A stretch of 64,000 nucleotides of DNA, taken from NCBI GenBank assembly GCA_031127095.1, contig JARIEX010000002.1, positions 3,346-67,345 on the forward strand, read 5' to 3'. A program made the position numbers and the translations under genes. The notes below the pieces were generated by a model, which did not search any database, was not told the origin of the DNA, and worked only from the letters and a program-made list of their open reading frames with translations. Shown here in pieces: positions 1-10,416 of this stretch (within the stretch, counting starts at the first letter, position 1; every line of letters starts with the position of its first letter). The DNA comes from Gemmatimonadota bacterium (GTDB lineage: Bacteria; Gemmatimonadota; Gemmatimonadetes; Gemmatimonadales; Gemmatimonadaceae).

Positions 1-2
1 AC

Positions 3-1976
3 GGGGCCGTGCCGTTGCAGCGGCGCGAGGTGGTCGCGGGTGGGCTGTATCTCTCGCACAGCGACTACATGATGTCGTTCGCGATGGGGCGGTCCGACTC
101 CGCGCGTCTGGTCGTCACCTGGCGCGACGGACGCGAGAGTGTGATTGAGCGGGTCGTCGCCAACCGCGCGTATGAGATCACGCCGCGTACCGCGCGTGCT
201 GCCGGGGCGGATACCACGGCGGTGGTGCCCGCGCTGTTTGCCGATGCCACCGCGCAGCTGGGGGGCCACCGTCACGTCGAGGATCGCTTCGACGATTGGG
301 ATCGGCAGTTTTTGCTGCCGCAGGCGTTGTCGCAGCTCGGTCCGGGCGTCTCGTGGTTTGACGTGGATCGTGATGGCGCCGAGGATCTGATCGTCGGCAC
401 CGGGAAGGGGGGGCGCGTGGCGCTGTTTCGCTCCAGCGGCGGTACGATGGTGCCGCAGCCGGCGCGTGGACCGCTGGCCACGGCAGATCTCACGACCGTC
501 CTCGGCATGGCAAGCGGCACGGGCACGCGCCTCATCGCCGGTGTGGCCACGTGGCAGTTCCGCACCGAGGCGGACATGATCGCGCAGCCGGCCGCCATCA
601 GCATGGCGTTGCCACGCGGCGCGTGGTCGGCGCCGTCGGAGCCTGCGGTCGGGTCGCACGAATCGTCCACCGGACCGATCGCGCTGGGCGACTACGACGC
701 TGATGGGGCACTCGACCTGTTCGTCGGCTCGCGGGCGCTCCCGCTGCGCTATCCGTTGCCGGCGTCGTCGGGGCTGTTCCGCCAAGTGAACGGCCGGTTC
801 GTGTTCGACACGGCCAATGCCGCGGTGCTGCGTGACGTGGGCATGATTACGTCGGGGATGTTTGCCGACCTGAACGGCGATGCGCACGCCGACCTCGTGC
901 TCACGCGTGACTGGGGGGCGATCCTGTTATTGCTCAATGACGGTCAGGGCCGGTTGCGCCCGGCCCCCGAGTCGTGGGGGCTGTCGCGCTGGACGAGCCA
1001 GTGGAACGGGGCGTCGGTGGGTGATCTGGACGGCGACGGTGCGCTCGATCTCGTGGCCACCAGCTGGGGGCGCAACACGGGCGTAGAGGCCGACAGTGCG
1101 CGCCCGCTGACGCTGACCTACGGCGCGTTCGGTAGCGGCGGCGAGATCGAGATGTTGCCGGCCCGCGCTGACGGTCGCACGGGTGCGCTGGTGCCGCTCT
1201 ACGGCTTCGCGCGGGTCCGCATGGCGGTGAAAGATGTCGTGGCGCGCGTGGGCAGCTTTGCCGCGTATGCCGGTGCCTCGGTGGATTCGGTGGTCGGCGG
1301 GACCGCCACGCAGCGGCTGGCGGTGCGCACGCTCGACCACATGCTATTCCGCAACGCGGGCGGCCGCTTCACGGCCACGCCGCTGGCCGCGGAGGCGCAA
1401 CAGGCACCGGCCTTCGCGTCGGCCATCGCCGACTTCGACGGCGACGGCGCCGAAGATGTTTTTCTCGGACAAAACTTTTTCCCCACCATGATCGGCGTAC
1501 CGCGACATGATCAGGGACGCGGGCTGCTCCTGCGCGGTGACGGGGCCGGCGCGCTGACGCCGCTGTCGGCGCAGCAGTCGGGGATTGCCGTGTACGGCGA
1601 TCAGCGTGGTGCCGCGTACGCCGATTTCAACCGCGACGGCCGGCTTGACCTCGCGGTGTCACAGAACGGCGATCAGACGCGGCTGTTCGAGAACCGCGGC
1701 GCGCGGGTCGGTCTCCGCGTGCGTCTGCGTGGTCCGTCCGGCAACCCGGATGGTGTCGGCGCGCAGCTGCGCATCATGTACGGCGCGACGATGGGGCCGG
1801 TGCGTGAGGTGCAAGCGGGATCGGGGTATTGGTCGCAGAACGGGGCCGTGCAGCTGTTCGGACTGCGGGCGACGCCCACGGGCGTGTGGGTGCGCTGGCC
1901 CGGCGGCGTGGTGCACCGGGTGACCGTGCCGGCCGGCGCGCGCGAGGTCGTCGTGCCGTTCGACGGCGCGCGTTAA
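3..1976 (+). CDS. FG-GAP/VCBS-repeat protein with ASPIC/UnbV domains (CRTAC1-like); 5' end outside window
   Basis: Repeated DxDxDGxxD Ca-binding motifs (DVDRDGAEDL, DYDADGALDL, DLNGDAHADL, DLDGDGALDL, DFDGDGAEDV, DFNRDGRLDL); C-terminal GVGAQL...AGSGYWSQN...FGL...VRWPGG ASPIC/UnbV signature; frame open from the window edge. Confidence 0.88.
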   Translation, partial: GAVPLQRREVVAGGLYLSHSDYMMSFAMGRSDSARLVVTWRDGRESVIERVVANRAYEITPRTARAAGADTTAVVPALFADATAQLGGHRHVEDRFDDWDRQFLLPQALSQLGPGVSWFDVDRDGAEDLIVGTGKGGRVALFRSSGGTMVPQPARGPLATADLTTVLGMASGTGTRLIAGVATWQFRTEADMIAQPAAISMALPRGAWSAPSEPAVGSHESSTGPIALGDYDADGALDLFVGSRALPLRYPLPASSGLFRQVNGRFVFDTANAAVLRDVGMITSGMFADLNGDAHADLVLTRDWGAILLLLNDGQGRLRPAPESWGLSRWTSQWNGASVGDLDGDGALDLVATSWGRNTGVEADSARPLTLTYGAFGSGGEIEMLPARADGRTGALVPLYGFARVRMAVKDVVARVGSFAAYAGASVDSVVGGTATQRLAVRTLDHMLFRNAGGRFTATPLAAEAQQAPAFASAIADFDGDGAEDVFLGQNFFPTMIGVPRHDQGRGLLLRGDGAGALTPLSAQQSGIAVYGDQRGAAYADFNRDGRLDLAVSQNGDQTRLFENRGARVGLRVRLRGPSGNPDGVGAQLRIMYGATMGPVREVQAGSGYWSQNGAVQLFGLRATPTGVWVRWPGGVVHRVTVPAGAREVVVPFDGAR

Positions 1977-1983
1977 CCTGCGC

Positions 1984-2751
1984 TCACCACGCGAGGTAGC
2001 GGCCACCCCACGTGGTGCGGGTGCCGAGCAACAGTCCCGTCGCGATGGCTTCCATGGTGGTCCGCACGTCGGGCGCCTGAGCGGTGAGCGTGGCGAGTCG
2101 CACGGTCAGTTCCGCCTGCGACGGCAACCGGTCGGCGGCCAGCACGAGCAGATACCGGTCGGCCGGTTCGCGCGGCGGCAGCCGGGTCGCGACGTAGCGC
2201 GTCGTGGCTGCCAGCTGACTGCAGGGGAGTAAGCGGTCCCGCGAGGGATCGATGACCGGCGTGGGCTCGACGACGCGGGCGTTCGGGTCGGTTTTGCGCT
2301 GTGCCCGCTGCGCCGCCAGCTCGATGCGGCGCTGCTCGGCGGCCCGATTGGCCACACACCGCGCGTACTCGGCGCGTGCCTGCGCCTGTGCCGCGGCGGT
2401 GAGCGCCGCGTCCTCGGTTTGCACGGTGCGTGACAAGTCCACGCGCTGCCGGCCACGCTCCCGGATCAGCCGTCGCGCGCCGTCGGGCACGATCAGTTCG
2501 ATGTCTTTCCCGGGCACGACGGCCAGTACCAGCACGCGGTCGGACCCGCGTCCGGTCAACCACGCCACCTGCCGCGCGGCATCGACCGAGTCGATGGTGA
2601 TGGCGAAGCGGAGGGAGTCACCGACGGCGGCGCCGATGGGCGGGCGTTGCGCCATGAGCGACGACGCGCACGCGGACAGCACACCGACGCGGACGAGACC
2701 CCGCGCCCACGCGCCGGGACGCGGCGTCCCGTCGTTACGGCTGCCGTCCAT
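1984..2751 (-). CDS. Hypothetical exported protein
   Basis: 255-aa ORF with signal-peptide-like N-terminus (VGVLSACASSLMAQ); start overlaps the end of the upstream plug gene by 17 bp. Confidence 0.65.
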   Translation of the reverse strand: MDGSRNDGTPRPGAWARGLVRVGVLSACASSLMAQRPPIGAAVGDSLRFAITIDSVDAARQVAWLTGRGSDRVLVLAVVPGKDIELIVPDGARRLIRERGRQRVDLSRTVQTEDAALTAAAQAQARAEYARCVANRAAEQRRIELAAQRAQRKTDPNARVVEPTPVIDPSRDRLLPCSQLAATTRYVATRLPPREPADRYLLVLAADRLPSQAELTVRLATLTAQAPDVRTTMEAIATGLLLGTRTTWGGRYLAW

Positions 2752-3496
2752 TGGGGATCCGGGTCCAGACGACGATCGTGCCGCAGGGCGTGGTGTTGGC
2801 CCCGATCCGCTGAAATTCGACGGGAATGCTGGAGAAGTACGGATACAGCTCGATTGCCTCGACCGTGTTGGACGGCAGCTCGTCGATTTCCATCCCCTGT
2901 GAGCGTGTTCCGTCCAGCCAGATGTCCGGCTGGCACGACGTGGTGCGGGAGCCGGCGTTGTACGCGGCGAAGCGCACCTTCCCGCGCACCACGTTCACGC
3001 CGCGCTTGCTGCGCAGCAGATCACTCAGTCGCGAGGCCCCCCGCGCGACGATGTCCTGCCGCGTGATGAAGGTGCCGATGCCGCTGGCCCGCCGCGTCTC
3101 GAAGTTCCGGAGCCCGAGCGCCGACCGCGTGAGCGATTCGTTCACGGTCACCCCTGACACGCGCTGCGCGACGGCATCGAGCTGCACCATGACCGTGTCC
3201 CACTGCCGGTTGCGCGCCGTGAGTCGCGCCTCGATCGGTTCGTACCCCACGTGACGCAGCGAAATCGTCACGGTGTCGATGTCGCCCGTGATCAGCCGGA
3301 ATCCACCCCGGACGTCGGTGAGGACACTCGTGCCCTGTACGGTGACCGTGACCTGCGCCACGGCGGCGCCGGCAGCATCGCGGACGATACCCACGAGGGG
3401 CCGTCCGGTCGGTGCGGCCGGCGTTTGCGCGCGTCCCGTGGTCGTGAGCATGCACGAGACGATCACGCCCGCCAGCCGGTGGAAAGCCCTCGTCAT
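2735..3496 (-). CDS. Carboxypeptidase-regulatory-like domain + TonB-receptor plug domain protein, no beta-barrel
   Basis: Signal peptide; LVGIVRD...TDVRGGF...HVGYEP; plug motifs FITRQDI...LSDLL, IWLDG, IELY...CGTIVVWTR; start reassigned to ATG 3496 (MTRAF). Confidence 0.8.
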   Translation of the reverse strand: MTRAFHRLAGVIVSCMLTTTGRAQTPAAPTGRPLVGIVRDAAGAAVAQVTVTVQGTSVLTDVRGGFRLITGDIDTVTISLRHVGYEPIEARLTARNRQWDTVMVQLDAVAQRVSGVTVNESLTRSALGLRNFETRRASGIGTFITRQDIVARGASRLSDLLRSKRGVNVVRGKVRFAAYNAGSRTTSCQPDIWLDGTRSQGMEIDELPSNTVEAIELYPYFSSIPVEFQRIGANTTPCGTIVVWTRIPNGRQP

Positions 3497-3584
3497 GATT
3501 CCAAGATGGCTCGCTGGCGAGAGGGCGTAAAGCCGCCCACGCGGTGGGGGGCTGCGCGACCCGTGACACGTGCTTCCGGTGCCA

Positions 3585-3613
3585 TTGCCTGCCTGTGACG
3601 CGAGCGATACCTT
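3585..3613 (+). promoter_or_regulatory. Putative sigma70 promoter for the susC operon
   Basis: TTGCCT (3585-3590), 17 nt, TACCTT (3608-3613). Confidence 0.5.
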
Positions 3614-3983
3614 AGCGGTTGATACGCTGGAATACGCCGCGGTCCGCTGCGGCTCATCCCGCGGGGCGTCTAGCGAGCCCCGCGAAATCGTCGTCGCCCG
3701 TTTCGCAACACGTTCACTGCGCGGTCGCGCGGTGACCGGGCAGACGTATCCAATGGTCACTGCGCGGATCACCGTACGAGCGCGTACGGCACCGCCTGTC
3801 GTCCGAAAATTCTGGTGAAGCTTCTGGTGATGGTCCCGGGCACGCAGGTGGCCGGTGGCAGGACCTCGATCGGCAGCACTCTGCGGAGTCGGCCGGTCGG
3901 GTTGGGTGGCCGGCGGGACCTCCACTCCCGTTGGCGAGATTTCTCTCCCCCGTTTCCGGCTTCTGATGCGCCGAGGGCTGAGC

Positions 3984-6900
3984 ATGTCGAGATTTATGCG
4001 GTGGCTGTCGCAGGTCCCTATCGCCGTTGCCGTGTTGCTGATGCCCGTCGTGGCGCAGGCACAAGGTCCGGCGGTCATCACCGGAACCGTGAAGAGCGAG
4101 TTCGGTGATCCCCTCGAGAACGCGAACGTCTATATCGTGGAACTCGCCATTTCGGTGGGTACCAACGCGGCGGGTCGTTACACCATGACGATCCCAGCGG
4201 ATCGTCTCCGTGGCCAGGCGTTGCAGCTGCGCGCCCGTTCCATCGGGTACAAGGCCGATGCGAAGCCCATCACGCTGAAGGCAGGCCCGCAGTCGTTCGA
4301 CTTCTCCCTGGCCAAAGACATCAATCGCCTCCAGGAAGTCGTTACCACCGGCGTGACCGCGGGTACGGAGCAGAAGAAGCTCGCGTTCTCGGTGGCGCAG
4401 GTCAGCGACAAGGACATGCCCGTTCCGGGTTCCAACCCGTTGTCGCAGCTGCAGGGTAAGGTGGCCGGCGCCAACATCGTGTCGGCCTCGGGCCGTCCGG
4501 GCACGGCGCCCGCCATCATCCTCCGTGGCCCCCAGTCGATCAATGCCTCGGGCCGTGGTCAGGACCCGCTGTACATCATTGACGGCGTCGTGTCGCAGGG
4601 TGGCCTGCAGGACATCAACCCGCAGGACATCGAGAACATCGAAGTCGTGAAGGGTGCGGCCGCCTCGTCGCTGTACGGCTCGCGCGCTGGTAACGGTGTG
4701 ATCCAGATCACCACGCGCTCGGGCAAGAACCAGAGCGAAGGCGTGAAGTTTCGCGCCAACGTGGAATACGGCATGTCGGACATCGAGAAGGAGTACCAGT
4801 ACCCGACCACGCACTTCATGCTGATGGACGAGACGGCGTCGCGTTTCTGCGTCTCGGTGTCGGGTACGGCCGATTGCTCGCGGACCGTCGACATCTATCA
4901 GGAAGCGTATCGCATCAACAATGATGGCGGAGACTTTGCGCTTCCTCCCGCCGTCTTCGCGAACGATGGTGGTATCTCCCGGAATCCGGGTGCGGTCGGT
5001 TCGCGGGCCCTGTTTCAGGTGAACCAGTTCCCGAAGACGTACAACCCGATCGAACAGTTCCTCACCAACGGTCAGGTCATCAACTCGACGCTCGATGCCA
5101 CCGGTCGTGTGGGCCGCACGAACTTCTTCGCCTCGGTGAACCAGCTCCGTCAGGAAGGTTCGGTCAAGTTGCTCCCGGGGTACACGCGCAACTCGATGCG
5201 CTTGAACGTGGACCAGCAGCTGGGCGGCAACATCAACTTCTCGATCCGCTCCAGCTATTCCAGCGCGAACGACTACAACAACGGCGGCGGCTGGTTCGGC
5301 CTCACGCGTCAGCCGGCCAATGCGCAGCTGTTCGCCACGGACTCGAAGGATCGCCTGTACATCCGGACGGTGGCGCAAAACCAGGGCGCGCAAAACGTGA
5401 ACCCGGCGTACAGCTCGCAGAACTTCGTGCCGTTGGCTCGCATCGACCGCTTCGTGGGGAATGCCACGGCGCGCTGGACGCCGCTCAGCTGGCTCGACGG
5501 CGAATTCAACTTCGGTTACGACGCCCGTAACACCTTCCAGGAGTCGCAGCAGGACCGTGGCTACCGGACGTCCGCGCTGAGCTCGACGAACCTCGGGTCG
5601 ATCAACCGTAGCGCGGCCCGCTCGTACTCGCTCAACGCCTCGGGTAACGTGTCGGCGCGCAAGAATTGGTTCGAGGAAAGCCTCACCTCGCGCCTCACGC
5701 TGCGCTACCTCTACGAAACGCAGGACGCGCGCTCGCAGAGCACCGGCGGTGCCAACCTCGCCGTGCCGGGCCTCCGTGATCCGGACGCGGCCATTCAGAA
5801 CTTCTTCACCTCGGGTGGTACGGAAACCGTGCGTCAGCTCGGCTTCTTCACCAACCTCGATCTCGATTACAAGGGCCGCTACATCGTGGGTGCCCTCGTG
5901 CGTCGCGACGCCGCCTCGCTCTTTGGTGCGGCCAACCGCTGGCAGACCTACGGCCGCGCGTCGTTCGCGTGGCGCTTGTCCGACGAGCCTTGGTTCAACC
6001 TGAACCAGATCTCCGACCTCAAGTTCCGCTACTCGGTCGGTCAGGCCGGAAACCGCCCGAACTTTACGGCGCAGTACGAGACGTTCAGCATCGGTGCCGG
6101 TGGCGCGCTCAACCCCAACCAGCTGGGCAACAAGAATCTCCGTCCGGAAGTCTCCACGGAGACCGAGTACGGCATGGACCTCGAGCTGTTCAGCAAGTAC
6201 GGCGTCACGCTCACGAAGTCGCACAACGTGATCGACGACCAGCTGCTGCAGCCGCCGCCGCCCGCCGCGGCCGGCTTCGCGAGCCAGTGGACCAACGCCG
6301 GCCAGCTCACGAACAACACGATCGAAGTCTCGCTGAACGTGCCGATCGTGGCCACGCGCAACGTCGATTACTCGGCTCGCTTCAACTACGACCGCACCAC
6401 GTCGGTCATCACGCGTCTTGATATCCCCGAGTACTTCATCGAGGGAACGATGTTCAAGATGGTGCAGGGCGGCGCGCTGGGTCAGATCTATGGCCGGAAG
6501 TTCGTGAAGGAGTGCGGCCAGCTCCCCGCTGATTTTCAGGCGAGATGCGGCTCGGGCCTCGAGTATCAGGCGAATGCGGACGGATTCATCGTGTATGTCG
6601 GTCAGGGTAACACGGTCAACGATGGCATCACGAAGAACCTGTGGATGACCCGCCTTCCTGCCGCCTCAGCGCCGTGGAAGGGTGGGACCGGTGGCGAGCC
6701 GCTCAGCTGGGGCATGCCCATCCTCGAGCGTGACGCCAACGGCGCCGTGGGCGTGCTGCCCCTCGGTCAGGCGCTCCCGCGCTTCCGCTGGTCCGCTGCG
6801 CAGAATTTCCGCTTCAAGCGCATCACCGCGTACGGGCTGCTCGACGCCACGGTTGGTAAGAGCGTCTGGAATCAAGGCCGGCAGTGGTCGCTGGGTGACT

Positions 6901-7283
6901 TCATGCACGCGGATGCCGACCAGCAGGGCAAGTCGGTGGCCGATGCGAAACCCGTTGGCTACTACTTCCGCGCCATCTCCACCGGCGGCATCGGTGGTCT
7001 GTATGACGTGCTGGGCCCGAACAACAACACCACCGAAGACGCCAGCTTTGTGAAGCTCCGTGAACTCTCGGTCGGCTACCGTATCGGTTCGATCGCCGGC
7101 GTGGGCAACTGGAACCTCGCCCTCATTGGTCGCAACCTGATCACCTTCACGAAGTACAAGGGTTTCGATCCCGAAGTAGGGTTGGGGGGTGGCCAGCTCG
7201 GATCCGCTGTGCTCAACGCCAACGACGGATACGTTTTCCCGAACCTGCGCCAGTTCACATTCTCGCTCAACACCAGTTTCTGA
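3984..7283 (+). CDS. susC: SusC/RagA-family TonB-dependent outer membrane transporter
   Basis: Signal peptide, N-terminal extension, LQEVVTTG TonB box, PLYIIDGV, DINPQDIENIEVVKGAAASSLYGSRAGNGVIQITT, EDASFVKLRELSVGY, GFDPEV, terminal Phe; start placed at ATG 3984. Confidence 0.95.
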   Translation: MSRFMRWLSQVPIAVAVLLMPVVAQAQGPAVITGTVKSEFGDPLENANVYIVELAISVGTNAAGRYTMTIPADRLRGQALQLRARSIGYKADAKPITLKAGPQSFDFSLAKDINRLQEVVTTGVTAGTEQKKLAFSVAQVSDKDMPVPGSNPLSQLQGKVAGANIVSASGRPGTAPAIILRGPQSINASGRGQDPLYIIDGVVSQGGLQDINPQDIENIEVVKGAAASSLYGSRAGNGVIQITTRSGKNQSEGVKFRANVEYGMSDIEKEYQYPTTHFMLMDETASRFCVSVSGTADCSRTVDIYQEAYRINNDGGDFALPPAVFANDGGISRNPGAVGSRALFQVNQFPKTYNPIEQFLTNGQVINSTLDATGRVGRTNFFASVNQLRQEGSVKLLPGYTRNSMRLNVDQQLGGNINFSIRSSYSSANDYNNGGGWFGLTRQPANAQLFATDSKDRLYIRTVAQNQGAQNVNPAYSSQNFVPLARIDRFVGNATARWTPLSWLDGEFNFGYDARNTFQESQQDRGYRTSALSSTNLGSINRSAARSYSLNASGNVSARKNWFEESLTSRLTLRYLYETQDARSQSTGGANLAVPGLRDPDAAIQNFFTSGGTETVRQLGFFTNLDLDYKGRYIVGALVRRDAASLFGAANRWQTYGRASFAWRLSDEPWFNLNQISDLKFRYSVGQAGNRPNFTAQYETFSIGAGGALNPNQLGNKNLRPEVSTETEYGMDLELFSKYGVTLTKSHNVIDDQLLQPPPPAAAGFASQWTNAGQLTNNTIEVSLNVPIVATRNVDYSARFNYDRTTSVITRLDIPEYFIEGTMFKMVQGGALGQIYGRKFVKECGQLPADFQARCGSGLEYQANADGFIVYVGQGNTVNDGITKNLWMTRLPAASAPWKGGTGGEPLSWGMPILERDANGAVGVLPLGQALPRFRWSAAQNFRFKRITAYGLLDATVGKSVWNQGRQWSLGDFMHADADQQGKSVADAKPVGYYFRAISTGGIGGLYDVLGPNNNTTEDASFVKLRELSVGYRIGSIAGVGNWNLALIGRNLITFTKYKGFDPEVGLGGGQLGSAVLNANDGYVFPNLRQFTFSLNTSF

Positions 7284-7290
7284 CCCCGGA

Positions 7291-7333
7291 GTTCACGCCG
7301 CGCGAGGCGTTGAATGCCCTCGCGCGCGTGGAC
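7291..7333 (+). other. Intergenic stem-loop between susC and susD
   Basis: GTTCACG-C-CGCGCGAGG ... CCTCGCGCG-CGTGGAC inverted repeat, no U-tract. Confidence 0.5.
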
Positions 7334-7352
7334 AGCCTCTTGAGGAGATTCG

Positions 7353-8993
7353 ATGCGTAAGCACGTTTCGCAGTACATCGCGGGCGGTGGGGTACTGCTG
7401 GGGCTTTTGGCCTGCAGCGGTGACTCACTGAACGTCACGAACGTCAACGATCCAGACGTGGCGCGCGCCTACGCCACACCCTCGGGTGTGGAAGGTGTCG
7501 TGGCCGGACTGGGTGTGCAGTTGAACAACACCCAGCGCGCGACCGAATCGGTCAACACCCAAGCGCGTATTCTTTCCGGCGAAAACATCGCCTCGGTGGC
7601 CAACTTCGGGATGGCGGCCCGCTCGCAGATTCCGCGTTCGATCATTTCGAACGAACTTGGTAACGATCAGCAGGCGGGCAATCTCGCGAACTTCAATCAG
7701 TTCTCGCGGGTGTCCCGGACAGCGTCGAACGCCATCGCTGCTGTGAACCGTTTGGCCACCACTGGCCAAACCATCGGCAGCCCGGCGCAGGATGCCCGTG
7801 CGAAGGCATTTGCCTTCCTCATTCTCGGACAGGCGCTCGGCAATCTGGCGCGGGCGTACGATTCGGCCGCCGTCGTCACACCGGCCACGCCGAGCGACGA
7901 GGTGCCAGGGCTTTCCGGTGCCGCGCAGGTCAACACGACTGCCTTGCAGATGCTTGATTCTGCCATCGCGATTGCCAACTCGGCAGCTGCGACGAACGGC
8001 GCCAACGGCTTCCCGTTGCCGACAACATGGATCAGCGGAGTCGCCCTCACGCGCGACAACTTCGTGCGGTTGGCTCGTTCGTATAAGGCACGGTTCCGCG
8101 CCGGTGTGGCTCGCACTCCGGCCGCACGCGCCGCTGTTGATTGGGCGGCCGTCATTGCTGATGCCACCAACGGTATCACCGCCGATTTCACCATCAGCCT
8201 GGGTGGCACTACCGGCTGGAGCGCCGCGTACGACTTCAACCAGATGTACGTGGTCGGTGGATGGCATTCCGTGCCGTACTTCTACTACGGCATGGCTGAC
8301 GTGTCCGGCTCCTATGATGCGTGGTTGGCCACGGCGCGTGATTCACGCACGGACTTCACCCTCGTCACCCCCGACACCCGCTGGCCCCGAGGCACCACAC
8401 GTGCCGCACAGCAGGCCACCGCGCCGACGCTGTCGCTCCCGGCTGGCGTGTACTTCCGCAACCGTCCGACCGGCGAAGACGTCCCCCTCGTTGGCCCCGG
8501 CGATTCGCAGTACGATTTCCGTCGGTACGGTGCCTCGTGGCTCAACGCCGTGACTGGCCCCTACACGGAGATGTCCAAGACGGAAGTGGACATGCTCGCG
8601 GCCGAAGGTTACATCCGCACCGGCAATCTGCCGGCCGCGGTCTCGCTGGTGAATCTCACCCGCGTGAAGAACGGCCTCGACGCCATCGGTAACGTGGCGA
8701 GTGCCACCACGCCGTACTCCACCAATGTGGCCACGTGTGTACCGCGCGTGCCGGTGGCGCCGAACTTCACCAGCACGGCGTGCGGCAGTCTGCTTGAAGC
8801 CATGAAGTATGAGAAGCGCATCGAGACCGCCTATACGGGCTACTTCATCTGGTTCTCAGACAACCGCGGCTGGGGTGACCTCGTTGAGGGAACGCCAGTC
8901 GAGTGGCCGGTGCCGTATCAGGAAATGCAGTCGCGCCAAAAGGCGTACTACAACGGCACCAACCGCGCGCCGCGTGGCACGTACGGGTTCTGA
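7353..8993 (+). CDS. susD: SusD/RagB-family nutrient-binding lipoprotein
   Basis: GAGGAG SD; lipobox LLAC; directly after susC; MLAAEGYIR...VNLTR and KYEKRIE...WFSDNRGWG...WPVP SusD-type C-terminus. Confidence 0.88.
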   Translation: MRKHVSQYIAGGGVLLGLLACSGDSLNVTNVNDPDVARAYATPSGVEGVVAGLGVQLNNTQRATESVNTQARILSGENIASVANFGMAARSQIPRSIISNELGNDQQAGNLANFNQFSRVSRTASNAIAAVNRLATTGQTIGSPAQDARAKAFAFLILGQALGNLARAYDSAAVVTPATPSDEVPGLSGAAQVNTTALQMLDSAIAIANSAAATNGANGFPLPTTWISGVALTRDNFVRLARSYKARFRAGVARTPAARAAVDWAAVIADATNGITADFTISLGGTTGWSAAYDFNQMYVVGGWHSVPYFYYGMADVSGSYDAWLATARDSRTDFTLVTPDTRWPRGTTRAAQQATAPTLSLPAGVYFRNRPTGEDVPLVGPGDSQYDFRRYGASWLNAVTGPYTEMSKTEVDMLAAEGYIRTGNLPAAVSLVNLTRVKNGLDAIGNVASATTPYSTNVATCVPRVPVAPNFTSTACGSLLEAMKYEKRIETAYTGYFIWFSDNRGWGDLVEGTPVEWPVPYQEMQSRQKAYYNGTNRAPRGTYGF

Positions 8994-9493
8994 TGACTGA
9001 CCACCGGAACGACTCGCGTCGCACGCGCTCGGAGACGATCGCGCAGCGGTCCGTGGGCGTTCTGTGTGCGTTGGCGCTGGTGCTGCAGATCGGGTGCTTT
9101 TCGTATCTCCCGGTGCAGTCCGCACCACCCCTTCCCGCACAGCAAGTTGGCATCGTGGTCAACGATCGCGGTCGCGTGTTGTTGGGGGATCGGGTCGGTG
9201 CCAGCGTCGATCGGATTGATGGGAAGGTGATCAGCCGGCAGGATGGTTCCATTGTCGTGGACGTGTATCGCGTGACGGATCTGCGCGGGAACACGGCCAC
9301 GTGGACGGGAGAACGGGTGTCGATTCCAGACGAAGCGATTCTGGGGTACCGCGCCCGGAAGGTCTCGAAGTTGAAAACACTCCTGCTGGTTGGTTCGATC
9401 GTTTTTGCCATCGTCGCGTCGCTCGGCCAATCACTCGATCTCTTCGGAGATGAGCTTGGCGAGCGTCCCGGTGAAGGCCCGCAACAGTCCTGA
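8993..9493 (+). CDS. Hypothetical lipoprotein/membrane protein
   Basis: TGATG overlap with the susD stop; QIGC lipobox-like segment; C-terminal hydrophobic helix. Confidence 0.7.
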   Translation: MTDHRNDSRRTRSETIAQRSVGVLCALALVLQIGCFSYLPVQSAPPLPAQQVGIVVNDRGRVLLGDRVGASVDRIDGKVISRQDGSIVVDVYRVTDLRGNTATWTGERVSIPDEAILGYRARKVSKLKTLLLVGSIVFAIVASLGQSLDLFGDELGERPGEGPQQS

Positions 9494-9562
9494 GCGGCTA
9501 CGCGCTCGCGCGGTCGTCTCGTTTACCGTTTCTATTTCGCTTCTTCCCGGAGTCCTTGCCTC

Positions 9563-10405
9563 ATGCGGCTCTCCCGATTCGTACTTCTTGGCGCAGCAGT
9601 GTCGGCGATGGTCGGTTGCAGTGAGCCCAGCGATGTGCCCACCACGCCGAACATCCCGCCCCTGGCGTTCGTTCGCTACATCAACGCGGTTCCCGATACG
9701 CTCAACACCACGGTCCGCTTCATCGACCAGGTGGAGTACTCGCCTATCTCCTGGGCGAACGTGCCCTTCCGTGGTCTCGGACAGGGCAACTACCAGCCCA
9801 CGGCGGCCGGCGCGCGCAAGTTCCGCGTCTTCACCGCCGACGCCGTGAACTTCAGTGTGGCGGGTAACACGGTGATTCTCGTGGATACCACCATCACCTT
9901 CGAGGCCGGCAAGTACTACACGATGTTGCACCTCGGCTACGCCCGCGCCGGTGCTTCGCCGAAGCAGCGTATCGTAGCGATCAACGATGTCTTCCCCGCG
10001 CAGGCCGCCGGAATCGCGTTCCGCGCGATCCACGCCGGACTCGACGTCGGAAACGTCGACATTTACGCTACGGCCACGACAACGGACGCCATCACCGGCG
10101 CCCCGCTGCTCGCGAACGTCCCGCTGAACACGGTGTCGGCGTACCTCGCCCGCTCCACGGGTGCCTTTGCGGCCCGTGTCACGGCAACCGGTTCTACCAC
10201 GGCGGTCATCAGCGCAGCGGCTCCGGCCGGTACCGCTGGCAGCGCCTCAGTCGATCCGCTCGGTGGCGCCACGATCGCCGGGTCGATCATCACGGCGATC
10301 GCCTTCCCCGCGACGCCGGCCAACTCGGCCGGTACGCGGTTCACGACACCGGGCGTGGTCTACTACGTGGACAAGCAGCCGCCACGCACCACGCCCAACC
10401 CGTAA
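9563..10405 (+). CDS. DUF4397-like lipoprotein
   Basis: Lipobox MVGC; AFVRYINAVPD and FRAIHAGLDVGNVDIY repeats typical of DUF4397. Confidence 0.78.
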   Translation: MRLSRFVLLGAAVSAMVGCSEPSDVPTTPNIPPLAFVRYINAVPDTLNTTVRFIDQVEYSPISWANVPFRGLGQGNYQPTAAGARKFRVFTADAVNFSVAGNTVILVDTTITFEAGKYYTMLHLGYARAGASPKQRIVAINDVFPAQAAGIAFRAIHAGLDVGNVDIYATATTTDAITGAPLLANVPLNTVSAYLARSTGAFAARVTATGSTTAVISAAAPAGTAGSASVDPLGGATIAGSIITAIAFPATPANSAGTRFTTPGVVYYVDKQPPRTTPNP

Positions 10406-10416
10406 TTCAGACGATC

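Noticed and set aside
3614-3983. Cobalamin or TPP riboswitch upstream of susC
   Set aside because: Conserved cores (B12 box, TPP CUGAGA) not found by eye; an Rfam scan is needed to be sure
3714-6224. 836-aa minus-strand ORF
   Set aside because: Antisense shadow of susC; long open frames are expected from strong codon bias at high GC; no recognisable motifs
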